A model generated the notes under the pieces. It saw only the letters and a list, made by a program, of their open reading frames with translations. It was not told where the DNA came from and searched no databases. Positions 1 through 12,364 of a DNA stretch of 64,000 nucleotides are shown piece after piece. Both the position numbers and the translations under genes were made by a program. Position 1 is the first letter of the stretch. The number at the start of each line of letters is the position of its first letter. Source of the stretch: Octopus sinensis (taxonomy: Eukaryota). The stretch spans positions 48,608,001-48,672,000 of the forward strand of contig NC_043013.1 of the NCBI RefSeq assembly GCF_006345805.1, given 5' to 3'.

Positions 1-189
1 CACATATATATATATATATATATCTCCGCCATGTTGGACTGCTGAAATCTGCAATTTTATTTTTCATTCTCTCTCTGTTTATTTTCTCTTATTCCTTTCT
101 GAAACGTTAAAGATTTTTCACTTTTCCCGACTCTCAAATCTACACGCTTGATATTTATACACCTGTCTTCGTCCTGTATTTTTCTATAA

Positions 190-194
<5 letters not shown>

Positions 195-267
<73 letters not shown>

Positions 268-300
268 CATACATATATACACATATACATAATACATACG
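195..300. repeat. (TA)n/(TACA)n microsatellite
   Basis: Direct reading; accounts for the 57..365 YI-repeat ORF. Confidence 0.95.
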
Positions 301-888
301 TATATACAAATATGTCCACATGATTTCCCGCTTGCTTTTAACTTGGTTGAAAATATTTCAATCAAATTCTATTCACATTGTAACTGATTATGTCTTAAAC
401 TGATGTTAAGTGAAAAATTACAATTTTTTTTTCTTTCAATTAGTCTAGTTAACGGTGAAATTATTCAAGTAAATGTTTTCACGTAAACGAAAAAAACAGA
501 AATTCAAACACATAAAACAATAGAAAATTCTTAATTACTTTAGAGAAACAAACTTGATAGATTATGAATTGATGAGAAAATGAAAATGCTTAAGAGGACA
601 CACTGTATACACGCCGCTTTTGTTTATATTTTATAGTTCGAGGCATTCATTGCTCTTAATATCAATTTGATGTCTCGGAATTCTTGATGTCGTTCAGTTA
701 AAACTTCCAATTATGTTGCATTTAATGTTCCTTGATGTTTTAAATGCGTAACTGACTTCATTATCTCAGTGATAAAGTTAACACTTAGCAATCAGTAAAT
801 GAAATATATCGAAATTTTAAATTGTTGTTGGTTTCGTTGATTCGTGCCGCGTCTATGTACACACACATCGCGTGTTGTTTGCACGCCA

Positions 889-1288
889 TATATATATATA
901 TATATATAAAACTGTAGTTGTGTGAGTGTCTGTCCCCTTCGATTTAGATTCCTAACTACTCCCACATTTTGCGGTGCAGTTTAACCAAAACCGGGTATCT
1001 TATAGTCGTGATTTATATCGAGCCCTTCTGGGTATTAGCGCGCGTCTACGATGAGTCAACGATTTAAAAAAAAAATTACCATCATTTTTTTCCATTTTCA
1101 TGCATATTTTTTTAAAGGGAAGTAACTCTCTAAAAATGTCTACGATGAGTCAACGATTAAAAAAAATTTACCATCATTTTTTTTCCATTTTTAATGCATT
1201 TTTTTGCTATTTTTTGGCTATAACTCTCTAAAAATGCTGTATAGTTATTTCCCTTACAAACCCGAGCAACGCCGGGCGATACTGCTAG
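889..1288 (+). mobile_element. Non-autonomous Helitron-like element
   Basis: Starts in TATATATAAAACTG; ends with hairpin CCCGAGCAACGCCGGG (1261-1276), then CTAG (1285-1288) followed by T. Contains an internal tandem duplication of about 95 bp (1044-1137 / 1138-1236). Confidence 0.75.
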
Positions 1289-1429
1289 TATATATATAAG
1301 TCGTTCTCCGATACGGTACTCTCAACGAAGAGTCGTTTTACGGTCCCAGTGAGCAGGAAACGTGGTCAGAATGGATATTTCGATTCTCGCCGTTTTGTGA
1401 TACAGTAATCACTCGACCATTCTGTGCCC

Positions 1430-2155
1430 TCAGTACAGATCCATTAACGAATGAAGATCTGATGACGGAGATGACGAAGTCAGCAAGCGAAGAGGAGAAG
1501 GAGGAGGAAGAGGAGGTGGAGGAAGAAGAAGAAGAAGAAGAAGGAAGAGGAGAAGAAGAAGAAAAAGGAGAAGAAGAAGGAAAAGGAGACGAAGAAGAAG
1601 GAGAAGAAGAAGGAAAAGGAGAAGGAGAAGAAGAAGGAGAAGAAGGAGGAGGAGGAGGAGAAGAAGAAGGAGAAGAAGGAGAAGAAGAAGAAGAAGGAGA
1701 AGAAGAAGATCTAGAGGAAGAAGAAGAAGTCGGCCTACCACTAGAACGTCTCCCAACTCTAACAAAAACGGCAAAAGAACTTCAGACAATGGCGGACAAT
1801 TGGGACCTCCTGATGATTCGTGCGTTGCAGGTCAGGAATGCAATCGACGGAGCCATGGAAGTTTATAAAAACCTCCTTACACAGAAGGAAAGGCAGCACT
1901 AGCAACTGCTCATCACTATGTCCCTCACTGGCAGCAAAAAATAAAAAAATAAATAAATAAAAAAAGAGAAGACACGGGTACTCTTAAGAGTATGGGGAAA
2001 TTTAATAAAAGCTTAAATATATAAAAACAATAGAATAAATATATAAAAATAAAAAATAAAAAAATATACAGTTATAGTGCTTTTTTTACTTCGCGAATTT
2101 TCACCCTATCGCGTTTTTTTTTGGAACATAACACCCGCAATAGTCGAGGGATGTA
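1430..2155 (+). mobile_element. Tigger/pogo DNA transposon, 3' remnant
   Basis: PLTNEDL.EMTKSASEEE, an E/G-rich tract, then AKELQTMADNWDLLMIRALQVRNAIDGAMEVYKNLL..RQH*QLLITM, resembling Tigger-type transposase C-termini. A Tigger-like terminal segment TTTACTTCGCG...CGAGGGATGTA lies at about 2085-2155. Confidence 0.7.
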
Positions 2156-2204
2156 TATGTTCGTATATGTAAGTATATGTTCGTATATGTAAGTATTCGT
2201 ATGT

Positions 2205-2961
<757 letters not shown>

Positions 2962-3096
2962 AATGTATTATATAGTCTGTGACTATTTCTATTTTCTCAC
3001 TTGACCGCTGGTTGCAAAGTTTTTCTTGAATTTTTTCTTGAATTTTTGCTACCCTATATTGATATATATATCTGTATTTATGTGCTATCTGCGTAT

Positions 3097-3155
3097 ATTC
3101 CACTGATGAAGGCAAAGCATTTCTTATGCAGATCCAGAAATCCGGGATCTGGAAT
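3097..3155 (+). ncRNA. Type I hammerhead ribozyme-like motif
   Basis: Stem I ATTCCA/TGGAAT, core CTGATGA (3103-3109), imperfect stem II, GAAA (3137-3140), stem III ATCC-G-GGAT, AUC cleavage triplet. Confidence 0.6.
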
Positions 3156-3464
3156 TATCCAGTTATTCTTTTGCTAGTTTATTTTGTCTTCTCTCCTGGT
3201 GCTGTATGAACATTTAATGTGGTTTCATAGTCAAGTTTTGGCTGCTATTGGCAATTGAAAGACGGAAAATGGAATATAGGACAATTTATTATTAATCACG
3301 ACAATTGTTTCTACATATCTAGCATCGATTCCTCATGGGTGGGACACTTAACAACTGATTCAGGAGCATCCGGTGGTGCAGATGTATCTCGTCGAGTGAT
3401 AAATAAATACAACTCGTTAAAATGACTGTTCCGCGATGTAACATTCTGTTTTGTAGAGAGAAAA

Positions 3465-3941
3465 GCAGGCGTGGTAAGAAGCTTGCTTTCCAACCACTGC
3501 GTGGCACCTTGGGTAAGTGACTTCATCTATAGCCTCGGGACCACCAAGCCTTGTGAGTGGATTTGGTAGACGGAAACTGAAAGAAGCCCGTCGTATATAT
3601 ATATATATATAATATATATATACAGGAGCACTCCATCAGTTATGACGACAAAGGTTCCAGCTGATACGATTAACGGAACAGCTTGCTCGTGAAATTAACG
3701 TGCAAGTGGCAGAGTATTCCACAAACATGTGTACTCTTAACGTAGTTCTCAGGGAGATTCAGCGTGACACAGAGTATGACACAAGTCTAGCCCCTTTGAA
3801 ATGCAGGTACTACTCATTTTTGCCAACCGAGTGGACTGAGTCAACGTGAAATAAAGTGTCTTGCTCAAGGACACAACGCGTCGCCGAGGTTTGAACTGAC
3901 GACCTTAAGATCGTGAGCCGAATACCGTAAACACTTATACC

Positions 3942-4022
<81 letters not shown>

Positions 4023-4320
4023 GTGTATGTATGTATGTATGTATGTATGTATGTATGTATGTATGTATGTATGTATGTATGTGCGCACGTGTGTGTATGT
4101 CTGCGTGCGTGTGCACGTATATTTGTGTGTCTGTGTTTGTCTTCCACCGTCGCTTGACAACCCATGTTAGTTTGTTTACGTCCCCGTAACGTAGCGGTTC
4201 GGCAAAAGAGACCAATAGAATAAGTACTAAGCTTACAAACAATAAGTCCTGGGGTCGATTTGTTCGATTAGTGGCGGTGTTCATGGCCGCAGTCAAATGA
4301 TTGAAACGAGTAAAAGAATA
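3465..4320 (+). mobile_element. SINE family A copy split by a nested SINE
   Basis: 5' half at 3465-3597 and 3' half at about 4125-4320 match the other family A copies. Confidence 0.85.
3625..3943 (-). mobile_element. SINE with the family B 3' tail and a different tRNA-like head
   Basis: Tail aligns with 5110-5290; head carries box B GTTCAAAC followed by GTGTCCTTGAGCAAGACACTT. Confidence 0.75.
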
Positions 4321-4347
4321 AATGAATATATCGATAGAATGTGAGTA

Positions 4348-5030
4348 GAATAATATGCGTATGTATGTATGTAATGTATGTATGTAATGTATGTATGTAT
4401 GTATGTATGTATGTATGTATGTATGTATGTATGTATGTATGTACGTATGTATGTATGTATGTATGTATGTATGTGTCTGTGTGTGTGTATGTATGTATGT
4501 ATGTATGTATGTATTGTATGTATGTATGTATGTATATATGTGTGTATGTATGTGTGTATGTATGTATGTATGTGTCTGTGTGTGTATGTGTGTATGTATG
4601 TATGTATGTATGTATGTATGTATGTATGTATATATGTGTGTATGTATGTGTGTATGTATGTATGTATGTGTCTGTGTGTGTGTATGTATGTATGTATGTA
4701 TGTGTCTGTGTGTGTGTATGTATGTGTGTATGTATGTATGTATGTATGTATATATGTGTGTATGTATGTGTGTATGTATGTATGTATGTGTCTGTGTGTG
4801 TGTATGTATGTATGTATGTATGTATGTATGTATGTATGTATATATGTGTGTATGTATGTGTGTATGTATGTATGTATGTGCCTGTGTGTGTGTATGTATG
4901 TATGTATGTATGTATGTATGTATGTATGTATGTATGTATGTATGCATGTACGTGTGTATGTATGTACGTGTGTATGTATGTATGTATGTATGTATGAATG
5001 TATGTACGTATGTGTGTATGTGTGTGTGTA
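4348..5030. repeat. Compound (GTAT)n/(GT)n microsatellite
   Basis: Direct reading; source of the MYVC/HTYI ORFs. Confidence 0.95.
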
Positions 5031-5109
5031 ATTATGTGAGTGCATTTTGTATATAAACGTTATGTACCGCACACAGATACACACACGCTGACACATATCT
5101 TCTTCTTTT

Positions 5110-5489
5110 CACTCCGTCGGTTACGACGATGAGGGTTCCGGTTGATCCGAATCAACGGAACAGCCTGCTCGTGAAATTAACGTGTAAGTGGTTGAGCACT
5201 CCACAGACACGTGCACCCTTATCGTAGTTCTCGGGGATATTCAGCGTGACACAGAGAGTGACAAGGCCGGCCCCTTGAAATACAGGTACAACAGAAACAG
5301 GAAGTAAGAGTGAGAGAAAGTTGTGGTGAAAGAGTACAGCAGGGATCACCACCATCCCCTGCCGGAGCCTCGTGGAGCTTTTAGGTGTTTTCGCTCAATA
5401 AACACTCACAATGCCCGGTCTGGGAATCGAAACCGCGATCCTATGACCGCGAGTCCGCTGCCCTAACCACTGGGCCATTGCGCCTCCAC
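5110..5489 (-). mobile_element. SINE family B, full length
   Basis: tRNA-like head GTGGAGGCGCAATGGCCCAGTGGTTAGG...GGTTTCGATTCCC; 12-bp TSD GCTGACACATAT at 5087-5098 and 5490-5501. Confidence 0.9.
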
Positions 5490-5704
5490 GCTGACACATA
5501 TACGAGGCTGAATGAAGGTAATGCAAAAGTAGGAATTTTTTTATTAGCTGACATAAATACGTCCCTTATTTTATGCTTTTGATTCTTTGAAATCTCTTTC
5601 CTTCTGGACACTGTTACAGGGTGCAATATCTGACCTCACATCTCAAAGCACACGCCAATGGACAACAGTTATTTTGCAAGAAGTAAACTGTCCAGAAAGA
5701 TCTA

Positions 5705-6088
5705 GCGGTGTCATATGAAATTGTCACCCATAATTCCGACCCTAGAATCGATCTATTGCATTTCAATCTATTTTAGGGCTAGGGTTAGGGTTAGGGGTGG
5801 GTTAAGGGTATCTTTTTTTCTTCACAAATGTAAATAAACCCAATCTGTTTCTTAAACGAGGGACATATTCATACGGCACAGAATGCTTTTTAACTCAATG
5901 GACGTCATCGATTGGTTGAAATTGCAGAAATTGAAGAAAAAAAACACAACAAATCTCTTACAAACCATAGAATTTTCTCAATAAAGCCAAGAGAAAAAAA
6001 TGTTTTATAAACACATTCTACCAGTATACGAAGTTTAAAGTTTTTTAGTTACCCAGAAATTATGTTAAAAACTGCCGTTCAAACCGTT
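5705..6088. mobile_element. Unclassified insertion with an internal TTAGGG-like tract
   Basis: Flanked by the 12-bp direct repeat CAGAAAGATCTA (5693-5704, 6089-6100); six G-tracts at 5773-5808. Confidence 0.5.
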
Positions 6089-6660
6089 CAGAAAGATCTA
6101 TGGCGCTGGACTCAAATTTACGTATAGTTTTAAAATTTTCATCAGAGCTGATCTTCAATATCCAATAATCGGTAGTGATTTTCTCCATCGTTTTGATCTC
6201 CTACTTGATGTAAAACATGAAATACTCATTGATTCTGACTAATTTATGGATTCTACGACTAATTTACGATTTATTTGCTCAGAGACTGCTACTAGCAGTC
6301 GTTTCCCTTTTTAGTTTTCACATCTAAAAATTATTTCACTTTTCTTAGTCGATTTCCATCACTCGCCCGGTTTTTAGCCATAGAAAGCCATTATATTTAA
6401 CAGCACATCATGTTGTTATAACTGGTTGTCCTGTTCCCTCTTGTCCTATAAACCTTGTTCTGGTCAGATTAAAAATTGCTAAAGAAGAATTTAGCCACAT
6501 ATTACAGCTCGGTATTATTCGACCTTCCAGTAATTTGCCTTCTCTCCTCCATATGTAACTTACTGAAAAACCGAAGGTGATTTGTGACCCTTTGGGGACT
6601 ACGGAATGTTAAATACCAGAATAATTGGAAAAATAAAAACGACAACAGTCATTTAATACC

Positions 6661-7076
6661 TATTTCTTTATTACCCACAGGGGGCTAAACATAGAGGGAA
6701 CAAACATGAACAGACATAGGTATAAAGTCAATTATATCGACCCCAGTGCGTAACTAGTACTTAATTTATCGACCCCGAAAGGATGAAAGGCAAAGTCGAC
6801 CTCGGCGGAATTTGAACTCACAACGTAACGGCAGCCGAAATACCTATTTCTTTATTACCCACAAGGGGCTAAACATAGAGGGGACAAACATGGACAGACA
6901 TAGGTATAAAGTCGATTATATCGACCCCAGTGCGTAACTGGTACTTAATTTATCGACCCCGAAAGGATGAAAGGCAAAGTCGACCTCGGCGGAATTTGAA
7001 CTCACAACGTAACGGCAGCCGAAATACCAGCAAAGCGTTTCGCCCGACGTGCTAACGATTCTGCCAGCTCGCCGCC
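6661..7076 (-). mobile_element. SINE family C, tandem dimer
   Basis: One head and two 184-bp bodies; TSD TTTAATACC at 6652-6660 and 7077-7085. Confidence 0.9.
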
Positions 7077-7085
7077 TTTAATACC

Positions 7086-7400
7086 TGAAACGCTACCGGT
7101 CGTTTAACGAGATTAAAGAGAAGTCATCCAAGAACACCGAATTGTCTCACCCATTACCAGATATTAGTGGACCTGGGTATAGGTACTGTTTTACAAAAAA
7201 ATTATTCAGGATTCTAAGCAAGCTATGACAATTTAATAACCAGACCTACTTAACACGGAAACTTTCTATGTCGTAGAGAAACTGAATGTGCCTAACACGG
7301 ACCTGGCTGCACAAATGTAAAATTTAATTTTATAAAGATATAACCTGCCAGTGTCTGAAGCCTCTTACGTTCATTGTATTCGAGTATACTTTTTGAATTG
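7086..7400 (+). mobile_element. Possible PLE GIY-YIG tail remnant
   Basis: Degenerate YRSFNEIKEKSSKNTELSH... peptide; weak resemblance only. Confidence 0.3.
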
Positions 7401-7510
7401 CAAAACATTGGTATGGCACATATCCAATAATTTGGTTTGGCACGTATTTAAAAATAATCAATTAAATACAGACTCGTGAACTAGTAAATATAAATAACGG
7501 GTTCATTGGT

Positions 7511-7561
7511 TGATATATATATATATAAGTGCGCGCGCGCATGTGTGTATATATATATATG

Positions 7562-7606
<45 letters not shown>

Positions 7607-8345
7607 TAATATATAATAATATATATGTATTATATATGTAATAAATGTAATGTATATATATATTCTATAATATATATATATGTATATATATATAGTATAT
7701 ACATATGTATATATATATGTATCTATATATGTATATACATATGTATATATATATATGTATATATATATGTATATATATGTATATATATCTGTATAATAAT
7801 GTATATATATATACATATATATATGATATCTATATACATATGTATATCTATATATAGATATATTACATATATATATATAATATATATATATCTATATCTA
7901 TCTACCTATATTATATTATATATATGTATATACATATATATACATATACATATATATATATATATACATATATACATATATATATACATATATATTATAT
8001 ATATGTATGTATATATATTATATATAATATATATGTATATATATATGTATATATGTATATATATATATGTATATGTATATAGATATATACTACATATTTA
8101 TATATATATAATATATATGTATATATATATGTATATGTAGATGTATATATATATGTATATATATATATATATATGTATATCTATATATGTATATACATAT
8201 GTATATATATATATGTATATATATATGTATATACATATGTATATATATATGTATATATGTATATATATGTATATATATATATGTATATATTTGTATATAT
8301 ATACATAATATATGTATATATATACATATGTATATATATATGTAT

Positions 8346-8434
<89 letters not shown>

Positions 8435-8450
8435 TATATATATTTATTAC
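7511..8450. repeat. Degenerate (TA)n tract of about 940 bp
   Basis: Direct reading. Confidence 0.95.
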
Positions 8451-8925
8451 AAACAGGTTTAGCTCATTTTTTTATTACCTCGGTGTTCATTCTTTGTAAA
8501 TATCCATATAACCGCTTTAAAACATCAATATCTAACACGGTTTCTATCGTTCGAAACAAATATATTTAGTAACATTTCTTCGATTTACCGCCGAACAACA
8601 GTCGTAAAGATCGCCGCCGGCCAAATATTTTTGTACACTTTAATCTTGTTAACGTTGATTTGATCTTTTCTTCTATCGACTTCATATTCACATTTATTTT
8701 TATTTTTATTTTAGTTTTCTAATGTCGTCATGTTTTATCTTAATGTTGTCTCTCTTCTGTATTAATATGATTAACATGTGTAATGTTCCAATACTTTGCT
8801 ATATATATCTATATATCTATATATATAGTTAATCCAAACAAGAAAGCACAAAAAAACACAACAATGCAAGGACGTGGAACAAATATAGTATTATTGGACG
8901 CTCAGGAAAGAAGGGAAGAAGGAGG

Positions 8926-8960
8926 GTTTAACGTTTCGAGCGGAGCTCTTCGTCGGAAAC
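8926..8960 (-). ncRNA. Minimal hammerhead-like motif (U4C variant)
   Basis: Minus strand GTTT-CCGACGA-A-GAGC-TCC-GCTC-GAAACGTT-AAAC: stem I 4 bp, stem II 4 bp, palindromic stem III. Confidence 0.55.
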
Positions 8961-9489
8961 ATAGGAGAAGGAAAGATCCAGAGAAGGGAAGACAGAGGAA
9001 AAAAATCGCCAACGGTACACACGAGGTCATGTACGTACATACATACTTATATAAACACACACAATGTTATGTGGTATTAGTTCCTTTGGATCAGACGAAA
9101 AACGAAGTAAGATAGATACAACGAATGACAAATACCGCAATATATATTAAGAGGATGGGGAATCGAATGTGTTTACATCCATATTGTTCCCAAGGACATT
9201 AACGGTCTTCGTGAAGTGAAAGTAAGGGAAGTTAAAATTGGGTCAAAACTAGATTTGTCAACAGCTGAACTCTCACTAAACCTTTCTAGCATTCGCTGTT
9301 CTTTTCACCCATCCATGCAATTCATCGAAGTTCCCTGCATTTACCATGTTTTCTTCTATTTCGTGGTTCCCTTTGTGGAGCACGACTGGCGACGACCCTC
9401 AATCCTTGATTTGGACTTTCAGCGCATTCTTGAAATATGTAGAGAACGTTCAACCAATCACGTTGTTTTGTCAACTAGTATATAATTTT

Positions 9490-9848
9490 AGCTTCAAATT
9501 TTGGTACATGGCCCGAAATTTCGGGGGAGAGGGTGAATCGATTTCATCGACCGCAGTGCTCAACTGGTACTTATTATATCAACCCCGAAAGGATGAAAAG
9601 CAAAGTCGACCTCGGCGAATTTGAACACAGAGCGTAAGACGGATGAAAAAGTGCTAAGCATTTCGCCCGGCTCACCTACTTTCATCTACTACAAAATATT
9701 CTTTTCTACTCTAGGCAGAAGGGCAGGAATTTTGGGAGAGGGGGTGGGGGCAATCGATTAGATCGACCCCAGTACGCAACTAGTACTTAATTTATCGATC
9801 CCGAAAGGATGAAAGGCAAAATCGACCTCGGCGGAATTTGAACTCATC
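9490..9848 (-). mobile_element. Two partial family C-core SINEs with alternative tails
   Basis: Shared core ATCGACCCC...GAAAGGATGAAAGGCAAAGTCGACCTCGGCGGAATTTGAAC. Confidence 0.75.
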
Positions 9849-9849
9849 T

Positions 9850-10790
9850 CCGACATAATATTGCTTCCTTTTACTTCAGCCAGATTTACGGATGTATGTG
9901 GTTCGGTCACAAAGACTGTCCTTCATTGGAATTATCTGATTTATTGCCAAAGATGTGTGTGGTCACCTCATCGTCCCGGTGAATGCGGATAGTTTTTAGG
10001 TTTTCGTTCGGGCTCTTCCTCCTGGTGGTTTCTCTAAGACATTTAGAGTGTTTTAATATCCCGCTCGCTACTCACGGTACAGTTACGTTCTAGAAAGCCA
10101 AGGAGAATGACGCCCTTGTCCTTTCCCCGAACACTCACCATGATTTTCTGGGCCAATTACCGATTCTTTAGCTTCGTAGTCCTCGGAGAAGTGGTATGAT
10201 GCTATTCCATGGACTCATCATTCGATTCCAGCATTAAATGTACGGCTACATTTCATCCCCTGTCACCAAATCGAAAAAAACAAAACAAAACAAAACAACC
10301 AATACAAAAGTGTTTTTATTAGCTTCGAACGCTTCCAGCAGACCAGAGCAGACGATCGCCTTTCTCTCCTTCAAATTGGGTGTCAACTACCGGGCTATTC
10401 ACTTTGCATACGCTTTCTGATATTCACAATCTTCTGTAGTGCATTGTGACCGTAGTCCAATTGGTCAGCAAGCTCATTGATTGTGACTTGTGTGTCCGCA
10501 GGAATTAATTCGTCCACTCGCTGGCGATTCGTGCCAGTTGCCATAGCCAATGGTTACCCACTGCGTAGTTTGTATTCAATGCTAGTTTTCCCCTGATAAA
10601 CTTCTTCATCCATCTGTACACAATGCTCTTGTCACTTACGTCATTTCCTTAAACTCCTTTTGTCATCTGCGGATGTTGGACAACCTGCACATCTCGATTG
10701 TCAAGAACTCAATGATGGCACGCTGCTTTCGCTCGGAGCCCATTTTATTTGCCAGTAATAAAGAGAAAGATTATTCCAGAGGAAGAGTTA
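9850..10790 (-). pseudogene. Decayed mariner transposase
   Basis: Minus-strand KQRAIIEFLT..VYRWMKKF..GKTSI..RSG.P..N.QRVDELI, TGDE, KGVILL and IRIH.D; many stops and frameshifts. Confidence 0.8.
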
Positions 10791-11276
10791 CGCTGCTAAA
10801 ATATGCAATTTGAGCGACCTGTGTCAGCTAATAAAACTGTCACGAACGCCGCTGCATTAATTCCGACCTTGTATATTACACCCCAACGATTTATATACTT
10901 TCTCATTGTAAATGTCTTAATAACACGTCGGTATGCTGATAATATTTCCATATTTTCTCCCATCTTCTTAGTCTTGCACCCGCTTAGAGTAATGCTATGC
11001 ATCTAACTCCTTCAGTCACATATACAAGCTCACATTTATTTCCCGTGTATTCCTGGACGAAACAATTAATTTAACTCTAAATACAATAAAGTTTAAAATT
11101 AATTAGATTTATGCTTAATAAACCGATTAACGGTTTGTGTCTTCAAATTACTGGAAGTTATAACCTTTGAAGAGGTTATAACTTCCAATTGTTTTAGTGT
11201 AACGATCTGTCTGTCTGCCTGCCTGCTTGCCTGTGTGTCTGTGTGCCTGTGTGTCTGTCTGTCTGTCCGTCTCCCT

Positions 11277-11333
<57 letters not shown>

Positions 11334-11540
11334 TGGCCTGCTCGCTTAGCCAGCGGGGTGGCGTCATTCGAAGGCTAAAACAATGCGAACGCATTGTGAC
11401 CAGCGATGTGTAAATACATCTGATGGACTGGTCGGTCACGTGATCACGTGATATATATATATATATATATATATGTACGCATGTATATGTACGTATGTAT
11501 GTATGTATGTATGTATATATGCTAATATACTAATATATAA

Positions 11541-11595
<55 letters not shown>

Positions 11596-11762
11596 AGGTA
11601 CATGTGTGGCTGTGTGGTTAAGAAGCTGACTTTGCGAACGACTTGGTTTCAGCTTTAATCTCTCTCCGCAGCACTTTTGGGTGACTTTTACTATAACCTC
11701 GGACCGACCAATGCCCCGTGAGTAAATTTAGAATACGGAGACTGTGTGGCGGTCTGTCGTGT
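11596..11762 (+). mobile_element. SINE family A, diverged 5' half
   Basis: GTGGCTGTGTGGTTAAGAAGC...GGACCGACCAATGCC. Confidence 0.65.
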
Positions 11763-11807
<45 letters not shown>

Positions 11808-11809
<2 letters not shown>

Positions 11810-12045
11810 CGAAGGGGTGCTGAAAAGTTTCTGGCTTTGGGTAAAAGAAAACAGAGGAGGATCAGTTAATTATGATTCCATTCAGTTTATTTCCCATTCA
11901 GTTTTCCTAAGCCCTATAAAAAGAACTCGGAAAATTGGGCTTCCAACCAGGCCTCTGTAGCAGCGATCACTTCCGAATCGGAATGAGATTTCGTTCCCTT
12001 GAGATGTTTCTTCAGCTGCGGAAAGCGGTGCTGGGATATCCCCTG
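11808..12045 (-). mobile_element. Mariner 3' remnant with TIR
   Basis: TA plus CGAAGGGGTGCTGAAAAGTTTCTGG terminal repeat; minus-strand FPQLKKHLKGTK.HSDSEVIAATEAWLEAQ. Confidence 0.75.
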
Positions 12046-12364
12046 TGTTACGGTTTTGTGTTGTAATCTCTGTGTTCCGCTGCCGCAGTTACTATTGTAG
12101 ACAACTTAGATGTCAATACTGTTGGTCTTTCCCCAGTTGCTACGATGTTTATTGGTGTTGCCGATGTTGTTGTTGTTGTTGTTGCTGCTGATGTTGATGT
12201 TATTGTTATTCTCTTCTTATTCTTGCTGCTGTTGCTGCTGCTGTTGCTACTGTCTTTCTGTTGCATGTTGTTGTTACTGCTGTTGCTGTTGAGCGAACGG
12301 TCTTCGTCCCAGAGCTCGCAAGATGGGAGAAGTCCGAAACGTGGTCCTTTGCTATTCGTAAGAA

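Noticed and set aside
5773-5808. True or interstitial telomere
   Set aside because: Only about four degenerate hexamers, embedded within a repeat.
11335-11375. HDV-like ribozyme (minus strand GCC-ACCCCGCT-GGC resembles P3/L3)
   Set aside because: No P1, P1.1, P4 or P2 partners in the required order.
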